DNA of 64,000 bases from Lingula anatina. Taxonomy: Eukaryota > Animalia > Brachiopoda. The position numbers and the translations under genes are program-made. The DNA is taken from positions 1,302,001-1,366,000 of the forward strand of contig CM120643.1 of the NCBI GenBank assembly GCA_051362555.1, in the 5' to 3' direction. Shown one piece after another: positions 1-12,044 of the stretch. The stretch's first letter is position 1. Each line of letters starts with the position of its first letter. The notes beneath the pieces were generated by a model, which worked only from the letters and a program-made list of their open reading frames with translations, made no database searches and had not been told where the DNA came from.

Positions 1-1152
1 TTCTGAGGACACTGGTTGTCTTTGTACGACCAGCACGGTGCACTCTAAGGATTAGGCAAAAAAAAAAAAATACATGCATTTTAACGTACCAGTACTGTAT
101 CCCAGTTTCATTTAATATCCGTTCATAATTTCATTGTATATGATAATATAATAATAATAATCTTCTTATATGGCGCCTTACGTTCTACCTCAAGGCGCCT
201 TACAATAATGAATTATGTAACTAATATCATTAAAATGACTGCAATATTTAAATCTAAAACGCTCATTGGAAACCATTTAAAATGAACACTACTAAAACAT
301 TATTAAAATATGAAAAAACATCTAAGAGTTATAGACTAGTGAAACGACGACATCGCAGCGCATAAGGTCTTATAAATTATACAAGTTCGAATATACTGTG
401 TACACTAAAATTAATATCAACCCTCTGTCAGTTATAAAGAGCCCATAAAGCGACCCCATTTCAATCTCACTTGGTATTAAAGATAAGAACGCACCAACTG
501 CCTCTATTGAGGTCAGAGAACCTCACATGTAAATGTGCATGCACGTACAAAAGAGACATCAGCAATGCACTGACCATTTTCAAATTTTAAGACATAAAAT
601 AAATAAAGTAACGTTTGAACACAATAAATCCCACTTTCTTAAAAAAATACAAAATCTATAAATTAAATTATCGTATAAAATAAACAAATGAGGATATCAT
701 AAACCACGTGACAGTGTGCTTGTTGCACCACTTTGAACACAGAGAGGATCAAACAGCCAACTCTGATTACCATGGCGCCATTTTATCTAGCGATTTTCAA
801 CTGACAAGACACGCACAGGTACTGTACATATTTTCTAATTCAGCATACATTGTATCTTCAATAATTATTTGTTTGGAGGTTGTTGTAAAAGTATTATTAA
901 CGAGACGATGATATTTTAAAGAGGGTATTCAGCACGCCATGCATACATGAAGGTCTTTGATCTGAAGAAGCTGACCCTGTAAAGGTTCCTCCCGCCTCTG
1001 TCACGTCTCCCCACACGTCGTCCTTGCAGGGACACAGTGATTAAATCTCGGCTCAAATCAAACGGTCGAGGGACGATGGTAAACGCGGCCCCAGTTGATC
1101 TGTGGAGTACCTGATATTTTAATATTAGAAAGAAAATGATATATTTTTATAG

Positions 1153-1237
1153 CCCTGACCCTGCTGTAACAGCCTGCGTGGTAGGCAGCGATAACACACC
1201 AAGCATTCAAGAGGGTGGCGCCATATTTGATCCGTAA
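1153..1237 (+). CDS. Probable short terminal coding exon (PDPAVTACVVGSDNTPSIQEGGAIFDP*), copy 1
   Basis: Acceptor 'tttttatag|c', open frame to TAA, AATAAA at ~1424. Better conserved between the duplicated units than the flanks. Confidence 0.45.
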
Positions 1238-4200
1238 CTCAATTCGCCAATCAACTCGGTTATGAACAGAACCCTTGTATGTCCTTTAAATATTCCTCTT
1301 TCAGTTAGCGTTGAATTATCGACATCTGCATGTTAGTATACTCTTCATACTTCTTCACTTTGTGTTCAGCAGTTATTGGTATATTGCTTTATTACTATAG
1401 TTATGATTTTTATTATATTAATCAATAAATGTGGGTCCACGTTTTGGTAGCAATTCTCTAGGAATTTCTCAATGACTGAAAAGTACCAGAATCATACTGA
1501 AGTATGTCAATGCTTCAGTCAGGACCTGCAAAAATTGTTTTTAAATATATAATGTTTTCCCACAGTAAATAGCAACCCTTGATAAAGATATAAACAGCTT
1601 CATATAGCTGATTAACCAACCTCTTTTTCAGCTCACTTTAAAGATAAGAACGCGCCAACTGACCTTACTGTAGTCACAGGCCCTCATAAACAAGAAATCC
1701 ATCAACAATGCACTCAAACAACCGTGTAATATAGTTTCATTTCATTAAGATATAAAAATATTATTTACAGTTCATTCTATCATAAATAAAATGGTATCCG
1801 TATAAATAAATCACGGCACAATGCGCTAAACATGATACACATAAAAAGGTAGTGAGGATAAGACCGTTACTGGTCAACACTGTGCATCTCAAAACCCCTG
1901 TGACAAGAAACGTGCGTGTGTTTAACATTATTGTAGCGTTTTTCGCTTGGTTTAAATTCACAGGTACATGTAGAGTCTGTCTATCTAAAGACGCCAGTTG
2001 AATAACTGTGCCAGTTCTTGTTTGCGCGACATTGGTGTTTAACACAAGGAACATAAGTCAATATGCGTGGGCCGGTAAAATACGTTTATGTCGACTCATT
2101 TATTCATGTATCACCACTTTAAATGCGTGAAATCAATTTTCTAGCGTATGTACACTTTTCCCCGCTTTTATCAATAACTAAAACATTTTCTATGTTACGA
2201 TTTATCTGCACCACGGTTATGTTATTATCCACGAACTGACTGTAAAGCTTTTTTTAAATTATTTTTTTTTATGTTGTTCTCGGACTATACAGTTTTTACG
2301 CACATTGGGAGAAGAATGTTCCATTCATTTGTGCCAAGATCTGCCATTACACGGTATTAGCAATAATTCAGCGGATGATCTTAAATTACGTTTAGGAGCA
2401 AATTAATTGATTGGTTTCAGTGCGTAAGAAGGGGATGATTGACATAAAATTGTGTGCATAAAAGTAAAAATTCTGAATTAGGGATGTGTGATCTAACAGG
2501 GAACCAGTGCAACTGTTTTAAAACCCGTGTTATATGATTTTACCTGGATGTGCATGTTAGAGGGTGCCCTGACCTATTCTGAATACACTGCATTTTTCCT
2601 TAAAATTCCATTTTACCAACAAGACGGCACTTATCGAAATTATTCTGGGATCTGTGTTCGCCTATCGTATCATGTGACTTCCAAAGAGGGCTAGCTTCTG
2701 TTATCTTCTCTTATGGGATTTTTTTTTTTTTCTTTTCAAAATATAAATGATTTTGTTTTTATATAATAAAATGTAAGTAGAATTTTTTGAAATATATATT
2801 TTTGACAATTCGTTAATTTAATTGTAAAAAACATTTAGGCACATTTAGTTATATATATATAGATCACACGACGTTCTTGTTGCCTGGCAATAACTAGGTT
2901 AATCCAGCGTGACGTCATTATCAAGAGGATCAAAACCAAGCCTCTTGTTCATTTCTTAATGTCAGTAATTCCTACGTATAACATTTATAAATAAAAAACA
3001 CATGAAGCTTGGGGTGGGGCAATCTTTTTGACCAATGTTCTACAGGGATATTGTTTGGGACTCGGACTTTAATAAGCAAAAATGGTTCTAACCTATGGAA
3101 TTCTAAAAGTTGCAGTACGCGACCCCCAGGGCCAGGTTTAAAAATTACATGAATTTTAACATACCAATACTCTATCCCAGTTTAATTTAACTTCCGTTCA
3201 TAATAGCAATTCATTAAGAAATGTATATTTAATCTTTTTAAATCTGTCATTAACATAACAAATATACATGTAGTATATAGACTGCCAAGGGTCATCAGAG
3301 CATAATGTAACAGTAATTTCCACAGCTAATTTTTAAGTGAAAATAACAGTACCATGCGTGTTTCCTACAAACATTTTCATCTTCGGTTTTTCTGTTAATT
3401 ATTTTGTTAGCAGCTAAATGGGACATATTTAACTAGGACTAGTGAAATGACTCCAACGCAGCATACAAGGTCTTACATATTTGAATATATAGAAAGGACA
3501 AATACTCTGTCTACACAAAGTTGATATCAACTCTCTGTCAGTTTTAAACAGCCCCCCCCCCAAAAAAAAAAAAAAAGAAAAAAAAAAGTGCCCTCATTTA
3601 AATCTCACTTGGCATTAAAGATAAGAGCGCATCAACCGACTTTACTGAGGTCAAATAATCTCACATACACATGCAAGAGTGACATCAACAACACACTGAC
3701 CATTTCCAAAATTTAAGACAAAATAGGAGAAGTAACATTTGAACACAATGTACCCTACTTTCTTTAAAAAACATTTTAAAAATCTATAAAACTTGATTAT
3801 CGTATAAAATAAACACATTTACGTATCATAAATCACGTGACAACTTGCTTGTTGCACCGCTTTGAACACAGAGAAGATAAGAAAGTCACTGATCAACACT
3901 GCGCCATTTTATCTAGCGAATTTCATGTGGCAGGAAACGCACAGGTACTTTATATATTTTCTAATTCAGCATACATTGTATTTGCTATAATAATGTGTTT
4001 GGGTTTTGTTTTTTTGTTTTTTCAACTGTTATTAAGGGACTGTGATATTTTGAAGTGTATATTCAGCATATCATGCATACCTGTAGGTCTTTGATCTGAA
4101 GAAGCTAATCCTGTAATGGCAATCTTCACAATTACCGGTTGTGCGAATCCAACACACCCCATCTTATTTGGTAGCCTAACATTCTTTGAGTTTGTTCAGA

Positions 4201-4453
4201 AACAAGGTAAATCGTCCGCGAATGAAATATTGCGAACACTTGTATATCAGAATGGATTCCCACCGTCCATGCGCACCGTCTCAGTGGGACAGAGCGAATA
4301 ATTCTTGGCACGCTTTCAGATGGGCACGTCGTATTTAATACGAAGACAAGTTAGTTTGCAGATCAACTGGTTGTGAACGAGGCCCAAGTTGATATTTGGA
4401 GTATTTGATATGAGGATCAAATATATTAGAAAGAGAATGAAATATTTTTATAG

Positions 4454-4538
4454 CTCTGACCCTGCTGTAACAGCCTGCGTGGTAGGCAGCGATAACACAC
4501 CAAGTTTTCAAGTGGGTGGCGCCATATTTGATCCGTAA
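4454..4538 (+). CDS. Probable short terminal coding exon (SDPAVTACVVGSDNTPSFQVGGAIFDP*), copy 2
   Basis: Same acceptor, frame and stop as copy 1; AATAAA at ~4727. Confidence 0.45.
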
Positions 4539-6274
4539 CTCAATTCGCCAATCAACTCGGTTATAAACAGAGGCCTTGTATGTCCTTTTAATATTCCTCT
4601 TTCAGTAAGCGTTGAATTATCGACATCTGCATGTTAGTATATTATTCATACTTCTCCACTTTGAGTTCAGCAGTTACTGTTGTATTGCTTTATTATTATA
4701 TTTACTATTTTTTAATCATATAATTCAATAAATGTGGGTCGACATTTTGGTACCAATTCTCTAGGAAAGCATACTGGGTATGTCGATGCATCAGTCAGGA
4801 TCTTCAACAATGATATTAAAGTATTTCATGTTTTCACACAGTACATAGCAACCATTGATAAAGATATAGACAACTACATACAGCTGATAAACCAACCTCA
4901 TTTTAAGCTCACTTGACATTAAAGATTAGAACGCGCCAACTGACCTTACTGTAGTCACGGACACACATAAGTAAGAAAGCCATCAACAACGCACTCATTT
5001 TTTCACAGTTCGAAACGGATAGAAGACCTCTTCATATAGTTTTATTTCATTAAGATATAAAAAATAGTATTTAAATTTCATTCGGTCATGAACAAAAAAG
5101 GGTTGCATATCATAAATACGTACATGTGCTTAACATTATTGTAGCGGTTTTCCCTCCGTCTAAATTTAACAGGTAGCGTCGTCTGGCTATTTAAGGGGGG
5201 GGGGGGGACGCCCGTTGAAGAAACGTGCCAGTTGTTGTTTGTGCAGCCTGGCCACAATACAAGGAACATAAGTCAATATGTGCGAGACAGTAAAATACGT
5301 TTATGCCGACTGAGTTATACATGTATGCCCTCTTTAAGTGTTTGGAATCAAATCTAGCGTGGTATGATTGTATGGTACCATTTTATCTGCCCCACGGTCA
5401 TGATTACAAATCTTTTTTTCATGTGGTTATCGGACAATACAGTTTTTACGCACATTGGGTGAATGTTCCATTCATTTGGGCAAAGAATTACAATCTGGCA
5501 TTACACGGCATCAGCAATAACTAAGCGAATGCTTACGTTTCAGAGCAAAATGATTGCCTGGTTTCAGTACGTAAAAAGGTGCTAATTGATATACAATTGC
5601 ATGCATAAAAGTAAAAATTCTGAATAAGGGATGCATGATCTAACAGGGAGCCAGTGTAACTCTCTTAAAGCTCTTGTTATATGATTTTACCTGGGTGTGC
5701 AGTTTAGAGGGTGCACTGACGTATTCTGAATACACTGCATTTTTCCTTTAAATTCCATTTTACCACCAAGGCAGTGCATATATCGAAATTATTCTGGAAT
5801 CTGTGCTTGCAGTCGGATTACGTGGCTTCCAAATATGGCTATAATTTCTGTTATCTTACGAGATATTTCAGAGGTTTCTTAAAAAATTAAAGATAATAGA
5901 GACTAACTTTGAATGTCGGAACGGATTCATTAACCGTTGGTAAGTATGGGAAAATTATCGTTTTTTATATTAAATGTAAACAACACAAATTATTATGAAA
6001 TCATGAGTGTAAATAAAGGTTCAATGAGGTGAAGGTGAGCATAAGGCATTTTATGTTAGATAAGAAATATAATGTTACTGTCGTCGACATCCTGTTTCAC
6101 TTCAGGATTGGACACTGTTAACCTCCAGACTTCGTAATTAATTTTAATGGCGTCGCTTGCTTGTGCACTCGACTCGTTGCATGACCTTACGTGTAATTAT
6201 TGCAAGTGGACGTGTGCAATTTGAGTAATAAAAATTGTACCGTGCCGCAACGTACATTAGTGCAGCATTGAATC

Positions 6275-6412
6275 TACCCTCTACCAGGGCGACAGAATGA
6301 TTTTCAACAGATATTCACAGATATGTATCTAGATAAATAGACAGTCATTTTGGTCTGATGTCGCTTCAGCCAAAAATGTCCACAATAATAACTGTGGCCC
6401 TGGTAGAGGGTA
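6275..6412. mobile_element. 138-bp MITE with 9-bp TSD (Mutator-like TSD length)
   Basis: TIRs TACCCTCTACCAGGGC...GCCCTGGTAGAGGGTA flanked by the direct repeat CATTGAATC (6266-6274 and 6413-6421). Confidence 0.85.
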
Positions 6413-7253
6413 CATTGAATCCACATAAGGTAAGAAATTTGGGGAAAAAAAGACGTTCAGAAGTAATATCCAAGAGATCAGATTGAGGGAAAACGGTTGG
6501 GAGAGCTAAGAAGACTGATGCAAGTTAGGGAAAGCTTCCGAAGTTGGTGACTTCTCGTAAATCATGCAGTTAGCGAGCGTCACAAACCAAACCGATTTAA
6601 CTGGTCATAATCTATCCGTAAAAAGTTAGCATTACATATATAAAAAATGTTTCATTACACAAGCTCTAGATAGACGTACATGTCGTGATGAACAAAAGTT
6701 CTATTTAGAAGCATGTAACCTGTTTCATTCCTGTAAAATCTGACAATAATTAGTTCTGCGAGTAAAACCTTTCACGCCTCAATAGTTTTAATCATGCTTT
6801 ATTTCAACAATACCTTACACGGTGTATTTTATAGTATCAATAAAATTGCTATTTTCACTATTACATATTTATATCAATTTTTTAATGATTAGTGTACATA
6901 CACACAATGGACAATAGAAATGTCACCCATACTGAACCAATACTTTGGGGGAGCTTAATGACTGTGGAATGATATGCACCTGGCATCATTTTATTAACAT
7001 CAAATTCCACAAAAAGACCAACAATACAATATTCCATGGTACAGCGGTTTTATGCTCATTAATCACATTATAAGTAGACCAGGCATTACAACTTTGATTA
7101 CTCTGATTCAATGTCTGTATATCAAGAAACTCAAAGGTAAATAGATAAGTTACAGTTGTTTTGGGTTTTAAGTTTGGGGAATGTTTAAAATGTTAAAACT
7201 ATTAATAAAATACTTGGATTCCATATTTTCCTCATTTTCACAGGAGAAGGACC

Positions 7254-7836
7254 ATGGCAACAGCACAGATATTTCCATTTGAAATACCACGGAATGAAAA
7301 AGAAAATTATTTCCGCATGCACCTGCTCTTAGAGCATGCAACGGACGTGCTTCGAGATGTTCTCAGGACTCAGCTAAAAGCAGCTTATCCGGGACTGTTT
7401 GATCCCAGTAAAACTGACAAACTTTTTGACGTACTTGACAATCTACAAGTCAAACATACCTTACTGCTATTGAAAAATAGAAAGGTAAGAAACTCGAGTC
7501 AAATGAAACTCCTGTACCCCTCTGGCACCCCTTCAACAACTGTGACAACACAGGACTTAGATATTACACTTGCAGTTGTTTTATTAAGAAACATCACCAA
7601 TCTGAACCCTCATGCTAAATGGGAAAACCCACCAGCTTCCGACACCTCCATAGAGGCCAACATTGGGAGAGTGAAGACCTACCGCAATCAGCTCTCACAT
7701 GGACAGCGTCTTGGCATCACTGACACAGCATTTCAGGCAGAGTTTAATGCTCTCAAGCAAGTCCTGCTGTCACTGTCCCCAATATATACCAGTGATGATT
7801 ACGACAAGCTTCTTATTGTGCCCCTGGATGCTAAAG
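7254..7836 (+). CDS. DZIP3-like HEPN-domain exon, first coding exon of a HEPN-STAND-TPR gene
   Basis: Acceptor 'ttttcacag' at 7243, Kozak accATGG, motifs ENYFRMHLLL, QDLDITLAVVLLRNI, W..PP..DTS.EANIGRVK, HEPN RxxxxH (RNQLSH); phase-1 donor AAAG|gtaatc at 7836/7837. Confidence 0.8.
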
Positions 7837-8477
7837 GTAATCGAGCTTTGTAAAACAGCGTTTGGCGAGTAACAATAAAATATAAGAGTCAAAGGTAATT
7901 GATTTATAATGGTCAACATCAGCGTATACACACGTAATAATATTGGTTTGCAATTTGAAAAATTGTATTTTACCTAATTTTCTTTTACCCCTTTTCTTAA
8001 TATTATGCTTTAGTGAGCACATAGTGTTTATACACTGTAGTGCATTTTTGTTGGTCCGCCGTGAAGATATTTCTTAGAAAGAAATGTAAGCGTTTGTGAT
8101 ATTTTGAAGCTCTAGGTAGAACAACATAATTTAGTTTGCTTTACATGTTCGCCACCAAGTGCGTCATTTTTTTTTCGTTTGTCTGTCTGTCTGTTAGCAA
8201 CATCATGCACATTGTGGACTGCTTTTGATGAACTTTTGACAAACTGTTGGCAGTGGACCAAGTAACTAAATTGCTTGTGAACTTTTTGTTTATTAATTGG
8301 TTAGTTTTAATTACAAATTGAGAGGTGAGCTGCATTGGCTATCTATGCTCCTTCGGTTCGTTTTTAGTTTTTATTGACATCTTTTTATTGTGTAATTTTC
8401 TATCAACTATAAATAGTTATGTGAATTGTAGCATGTTTGTTATGATTGTGTTTATGGCATTCATTTAATATTTCCAC

Positions 8478-9260
8478 TTGCCCCATGCCAGCTCTTCTCT
8501 GTACATCTACCAAGAAAACTTCCTGACCTTAAAGGCCGCGAAGAATTGGTACAACTAATACAGCAGTATATTGCAGGTGAAACCCGAATTGTTCTTCTAA
8601 CGGGGATGGGGGGCATTGGTAAGACATCGGTGGCTATCGAGGTCGGACATCGCGAGGAAAATGCACTGTACATTGATATGAGACAAATCACCGACCTTGA
8701 AACTATCAAGTTATCTCTAGCCCAGCACTACCACCCAACACGACCCCTGAAAGATTTATACAGTGATTATCAAAATATACTCATACAAACTTTGTCTAGT
8801 TTAACTTCAGACACTGTTATCATTTTTGATAACAACGATGAGGTTATTAAGTCAAAATGGCAGGACTTTCACAGCTTGCTTCAGAATATTTTAAATTCAT
8901 CAAAGCATATTACTTTGTTGTGTACCAGCCGTGAATCATTCAGCCTCAGGTCGCATACCACGACTGTCATAGTCGTATCTCCCCTTGATAAGGCACCCTC
9001 CATTGATATCCTTTGGGAAGGAAAAACCGCCAGTCCCACTGTCAGTGAATCAATAGCCCTAGGTGAAATAGCAGAGAAGTGTGGGGGAAATCCACTCATA
9101 CTGAAATTATCATCAGCTCAACTCAAGCAAAAAAACTGCACAAGAAGTATTGGATAGGATGAACAAAAATAGCATTGAAGGCTGGGGTAAGTACGCAGAA
9201 GCAGCAACATATTATAAGAAATCTCTTGAAATCCAGAAATAAATTTTTGGTAAAAAGACC
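8478..9260 (+). pseudogene. Decayed NB-ARC (STAND) + TPR exon, paralog of 34954-37709
   Basis: Walker A GMGGIGKTS, Walker B IIFDNND, CGGNPL. Acceptor reads tttccAC instead of tttccAG; +1 frameshift in the A-run at ~9129-9135; then a jump to a single TPR unit (GKYAEAATYYKKSLEIQK*) and truncation by a repeat at ~9260. Confidence 0.85.
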
Positions 9261-9829
9261 CGGTGTGAGGGGAAGGGGATGGATGTCAGCCATAATATTG
9301 CAACGTGTGGTAATATCACATGTGAATGGAGTGCACTACGTTATTGGGTGAACAAAATTATTTTTATGTCGACAGGTTGCTGCAGGAATAAATACAACAA
9401 CATCCAAGGCATTTACTGGGACAGGGGTGAGAAATTTCTTTTTTGGGTTTTTGGTTTTCCTTGATTGCACAGAGGGGAGTTCACTGCCGGTGTGACAGGA
9501 ATAGAAGTCTAGGTTCCAAGTGATTTTTACTGGTTTTCTTTGCTCTGCCGGTGCGTTGTGTTAACTTGCCAACAGTGGTGTAATTTATTCACCCATGTGT
9601 GCTCATACATGTAAATTACAATGTATATATAAAACACTTGCATGTGTCAATCGACATGGTAATTTAGTGATTTGCAGGGCTACCACGACTGACAATTATG
9701 TACAGAGTTACTACTTAATTGGGAATATTATTTTTTACCAAGTAAATTTTCTACAAAATATTTATTTTTTCTCTTACTTTTTTTTAAAAATCCAAAACTG
9801 AGGTGTCACTCCATGTGTAGCCAAGTGTG

Positions 9830-10510
9830 TTACCTAATTACTGCACAACTCACGAAACAATTAATGCATTCAGTTGCATGTTCTGTGGTCAGAAATGTGA
9901 GGGGTGGTCTTTTTGGCAATTTCTGCCCTTGTATAAAAACGCATGGGTTTGGTGATGAGGCCAGATATGGACGGTAGATTCCGTGTCTGCCGAAGTGTAC
10001 GAGAGGCATAAAACGATGATTGTGCACTGCCTAGGATGGAAGCGGGGGGTGGTAACGTCTCTGTTTGGGGAGCATATCATGTCGGTGCCCAGGACCAGTT
10101 GTTTTTTCTAGGAGGCAACCTTAACCAGGATTCTTACAGAGACATTCTACAGAAAACAATGCTTCGATTGGTAAGAGTCATCTTCAGGAACAAATTTGTA
10201 TACCAAGACGACTGCGCAACCACATCGAGCTCGCAAAATCACTATTTTTCTTCAAAACCAATGGGTTCAGCAACTGCCCTGGCCTGCAAACTCTCCCGAT
10301 TTGAATCCAATTGAAAAACTTTGGGCAAAAGTAACTCACAGATTTAATAGCTATGGTCATCGGTCGGTAAATAGTGATGAACTGCGACAGGCAAATATCA
10401 CTGCGTGGAATTATATCCCCATCCAAACTCTAAAAAACGTGGCACAGGGTATGCCATGTAGGATGAGGGCGCTGCAAGCGGCTGCTGGAGGTCATACCCG
10501 TAATTACTGA
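9830..10510 (+). mobile_element. Tc1/mariner transposase remnant (frameshifted)
   Basis: GGGNVSVWGA, YQDD, PHRAR, WPANSPDLNPIEKLW and AAGGHTRY-like C-terminus, split over two frames. Confidence 0.9.
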
Positions 10511-10947
10511 CTTTTCATGATTAACTGTAGTGAGTTCTTTGACTGTGTAACATATCACTTTCTTTAATATCTTAACTTAAAGTTAATATTGACATCAAGC
10601 TGATGACATGGTTTTCTGGGGGTGTTCCTTTCTTTTGAATGGCATCTTATGTCAGATGTGATATTATTGACCAAAATATCTCACAACAGAAGACTGGATG
10701 TTTTTATCACTCAGTGACATACTTTTTTTGATGAATCAAGCCAAAGAATATTTAATCAGCACTCAAAAATAACAATGATAAAAAATATTCCATATTAAGT
10801 AGTAACCCTGTATGTCAACAAAATTTGGAGCTCATGACTGAATTGATAAGCTACCTCAGATAGTCGTTGAGTCTACGATTGGATGCTAAACTCCAAGTTA
10901 CATTATTTTACACGCCCCTTTTCAACCTGTATAATTACAGCAATATA

Positions 10948-11105
10948 TTGCAATCTGTTTATCTGCAGAGAAATTAAGAGATGTTCTTTTAGATAAGTAA
11001 TTAGTGTCATTTATGATATATATCCCTTGCAATCTGTTTATCTGCAGAGAAATTAAGAGATGTTCTTTTAGATAAGTAATTAGTGTCATTTATGATATAT
11101 ATCCC
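10948..11105. repeat. Perfect 79-bp tandem duplication inside a small palindromic element (~10927-11214)
   Basis: 10948-11026 equals 11027-11105; flanking inverted repeat attgcaatctgtttat / ataaacagattgcaat. Confidence 0.85.
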
Positions 11106-11550
11106 TGTGTAGTCAGCTCAGTATTATAAATAGAACTCAATTGATGTACTCTTGGCCTGCAGGCCTGAAATACAGTGAAATAAACAGATTGCAATATTAA
11201 TTGTATAATTACAGCATATAGCTATTGATACTTCAATTAACTCATTTTGATACCCGTCCCTGTCGTCCTGTGTAAATGTGAATGAAAATTATGTTCGACA
11301 GCAATATATGTCCTACAGCTGGGATGTCCTGGTGGGACAGTAGATCTAAAGCCCCCGTCACACTGCGCTTGCAACCTTTTGGCAACCTCTTTGCAACCTT
11401 AGTCGCAAGGAGGCTGCCTTAGGTTTAAAAGTGGTCGCATAAGGCTGCTAACAGGTCGCCTGCGATCGTTGACATACGAAGGCCATTTTTGTGTACCGAC
11501 AACCAGTGCGACTAACTATGAAAAGGCGCTCAGAGCTAATATTTCATTTC

Positions 11551-11700
11551 TGCACTGCCAGACCAGGTCCCTGCTTCAACCCCTTAGTGCTGATTGCCAA
11601 GCGGGGAGACCGCAGGTATCGTTTATAAAGGGCTGGTATGGCCCCGGACGGGCTTGAACCCGCGTCCTCCTGCTCCGGAGGCGGACACTCTAACCACGGT
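11551..11700 (-). mobile_element. tRNA-derived SINE fragment (Meta-type central domain)
   Basis: Minus strand shows A-box-like TGGTTAGAGTG and B-box GGGTTCAAGCC, then 'cataccagccctttataaacgatacctgcggtctccccgcttggcaatcagcactaagggg'. Confidence 0.7.
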
Positions 11701-11709
11701 TGGTCGTAA

Positions 11710-11830
11710 AGCCTAGGTCCCAACTACGTTTTGGGCGCACGGTTTTTATGTACCTTGCATCCGGCTAAGACGTAGCTAGATCGCACGTAACGTCTGTTAA
11801 TTATGTCGAAAAGTTACTACGTGCTGTTGC
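11710..11830. mobile_element. Left half of the AGCCTAGGTCCCAA MITE family (full copy at 50413-50744)
   Basis: Direct similarity to 50413-50530. Confidence 0.75.
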
Positions 11831-12044
11831 CTGTAGCAGTGTCATAAATTACCGGTATATTGAAACTGAGGGTCCAGTCCGTGTAACACAAAGTCCGCAC
11901 TCCATATAGTTATAACATTAAGGTTTAGTCTGATCATAGTGGATCAAAATCTAGGAAAAAGCTCACCTGTTCAAATGAATGGGAAGCGGACTCTCTGATA
12001 TGGGGGACTCTTTGTCACGTTACACCTGTTCTGTTTATTACCAG

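Larger units (their letters stand above)
60..5860. repeat. Tandem segmental duplication, two diverged ~2.7-kb units (about 60-2720 and 3140-5860)
   Basis: Colinear blocks recur, e.g. 'gtgacagtgtgcttgttgcaccactttgaacacagagag' (708) vs 'gtgacaacttgcttgttgcaccgctttgaacacagagaag' (3837), and 2460-2700 vs 5605-5850. The units carry different insertions at ~980-1085 and ~4115-4380. Boundaries approximate. Confidence 0.85.

Noticed and set aside
960-990. CTGAAGA hammerhead-like start (also at ~4096)
   Set aside because: No closing stem II or GAAA box follows.
11640-11700. tRNA gene
   Set aside because: A/B boxes run into a SINE body with no complete cloverleaf.
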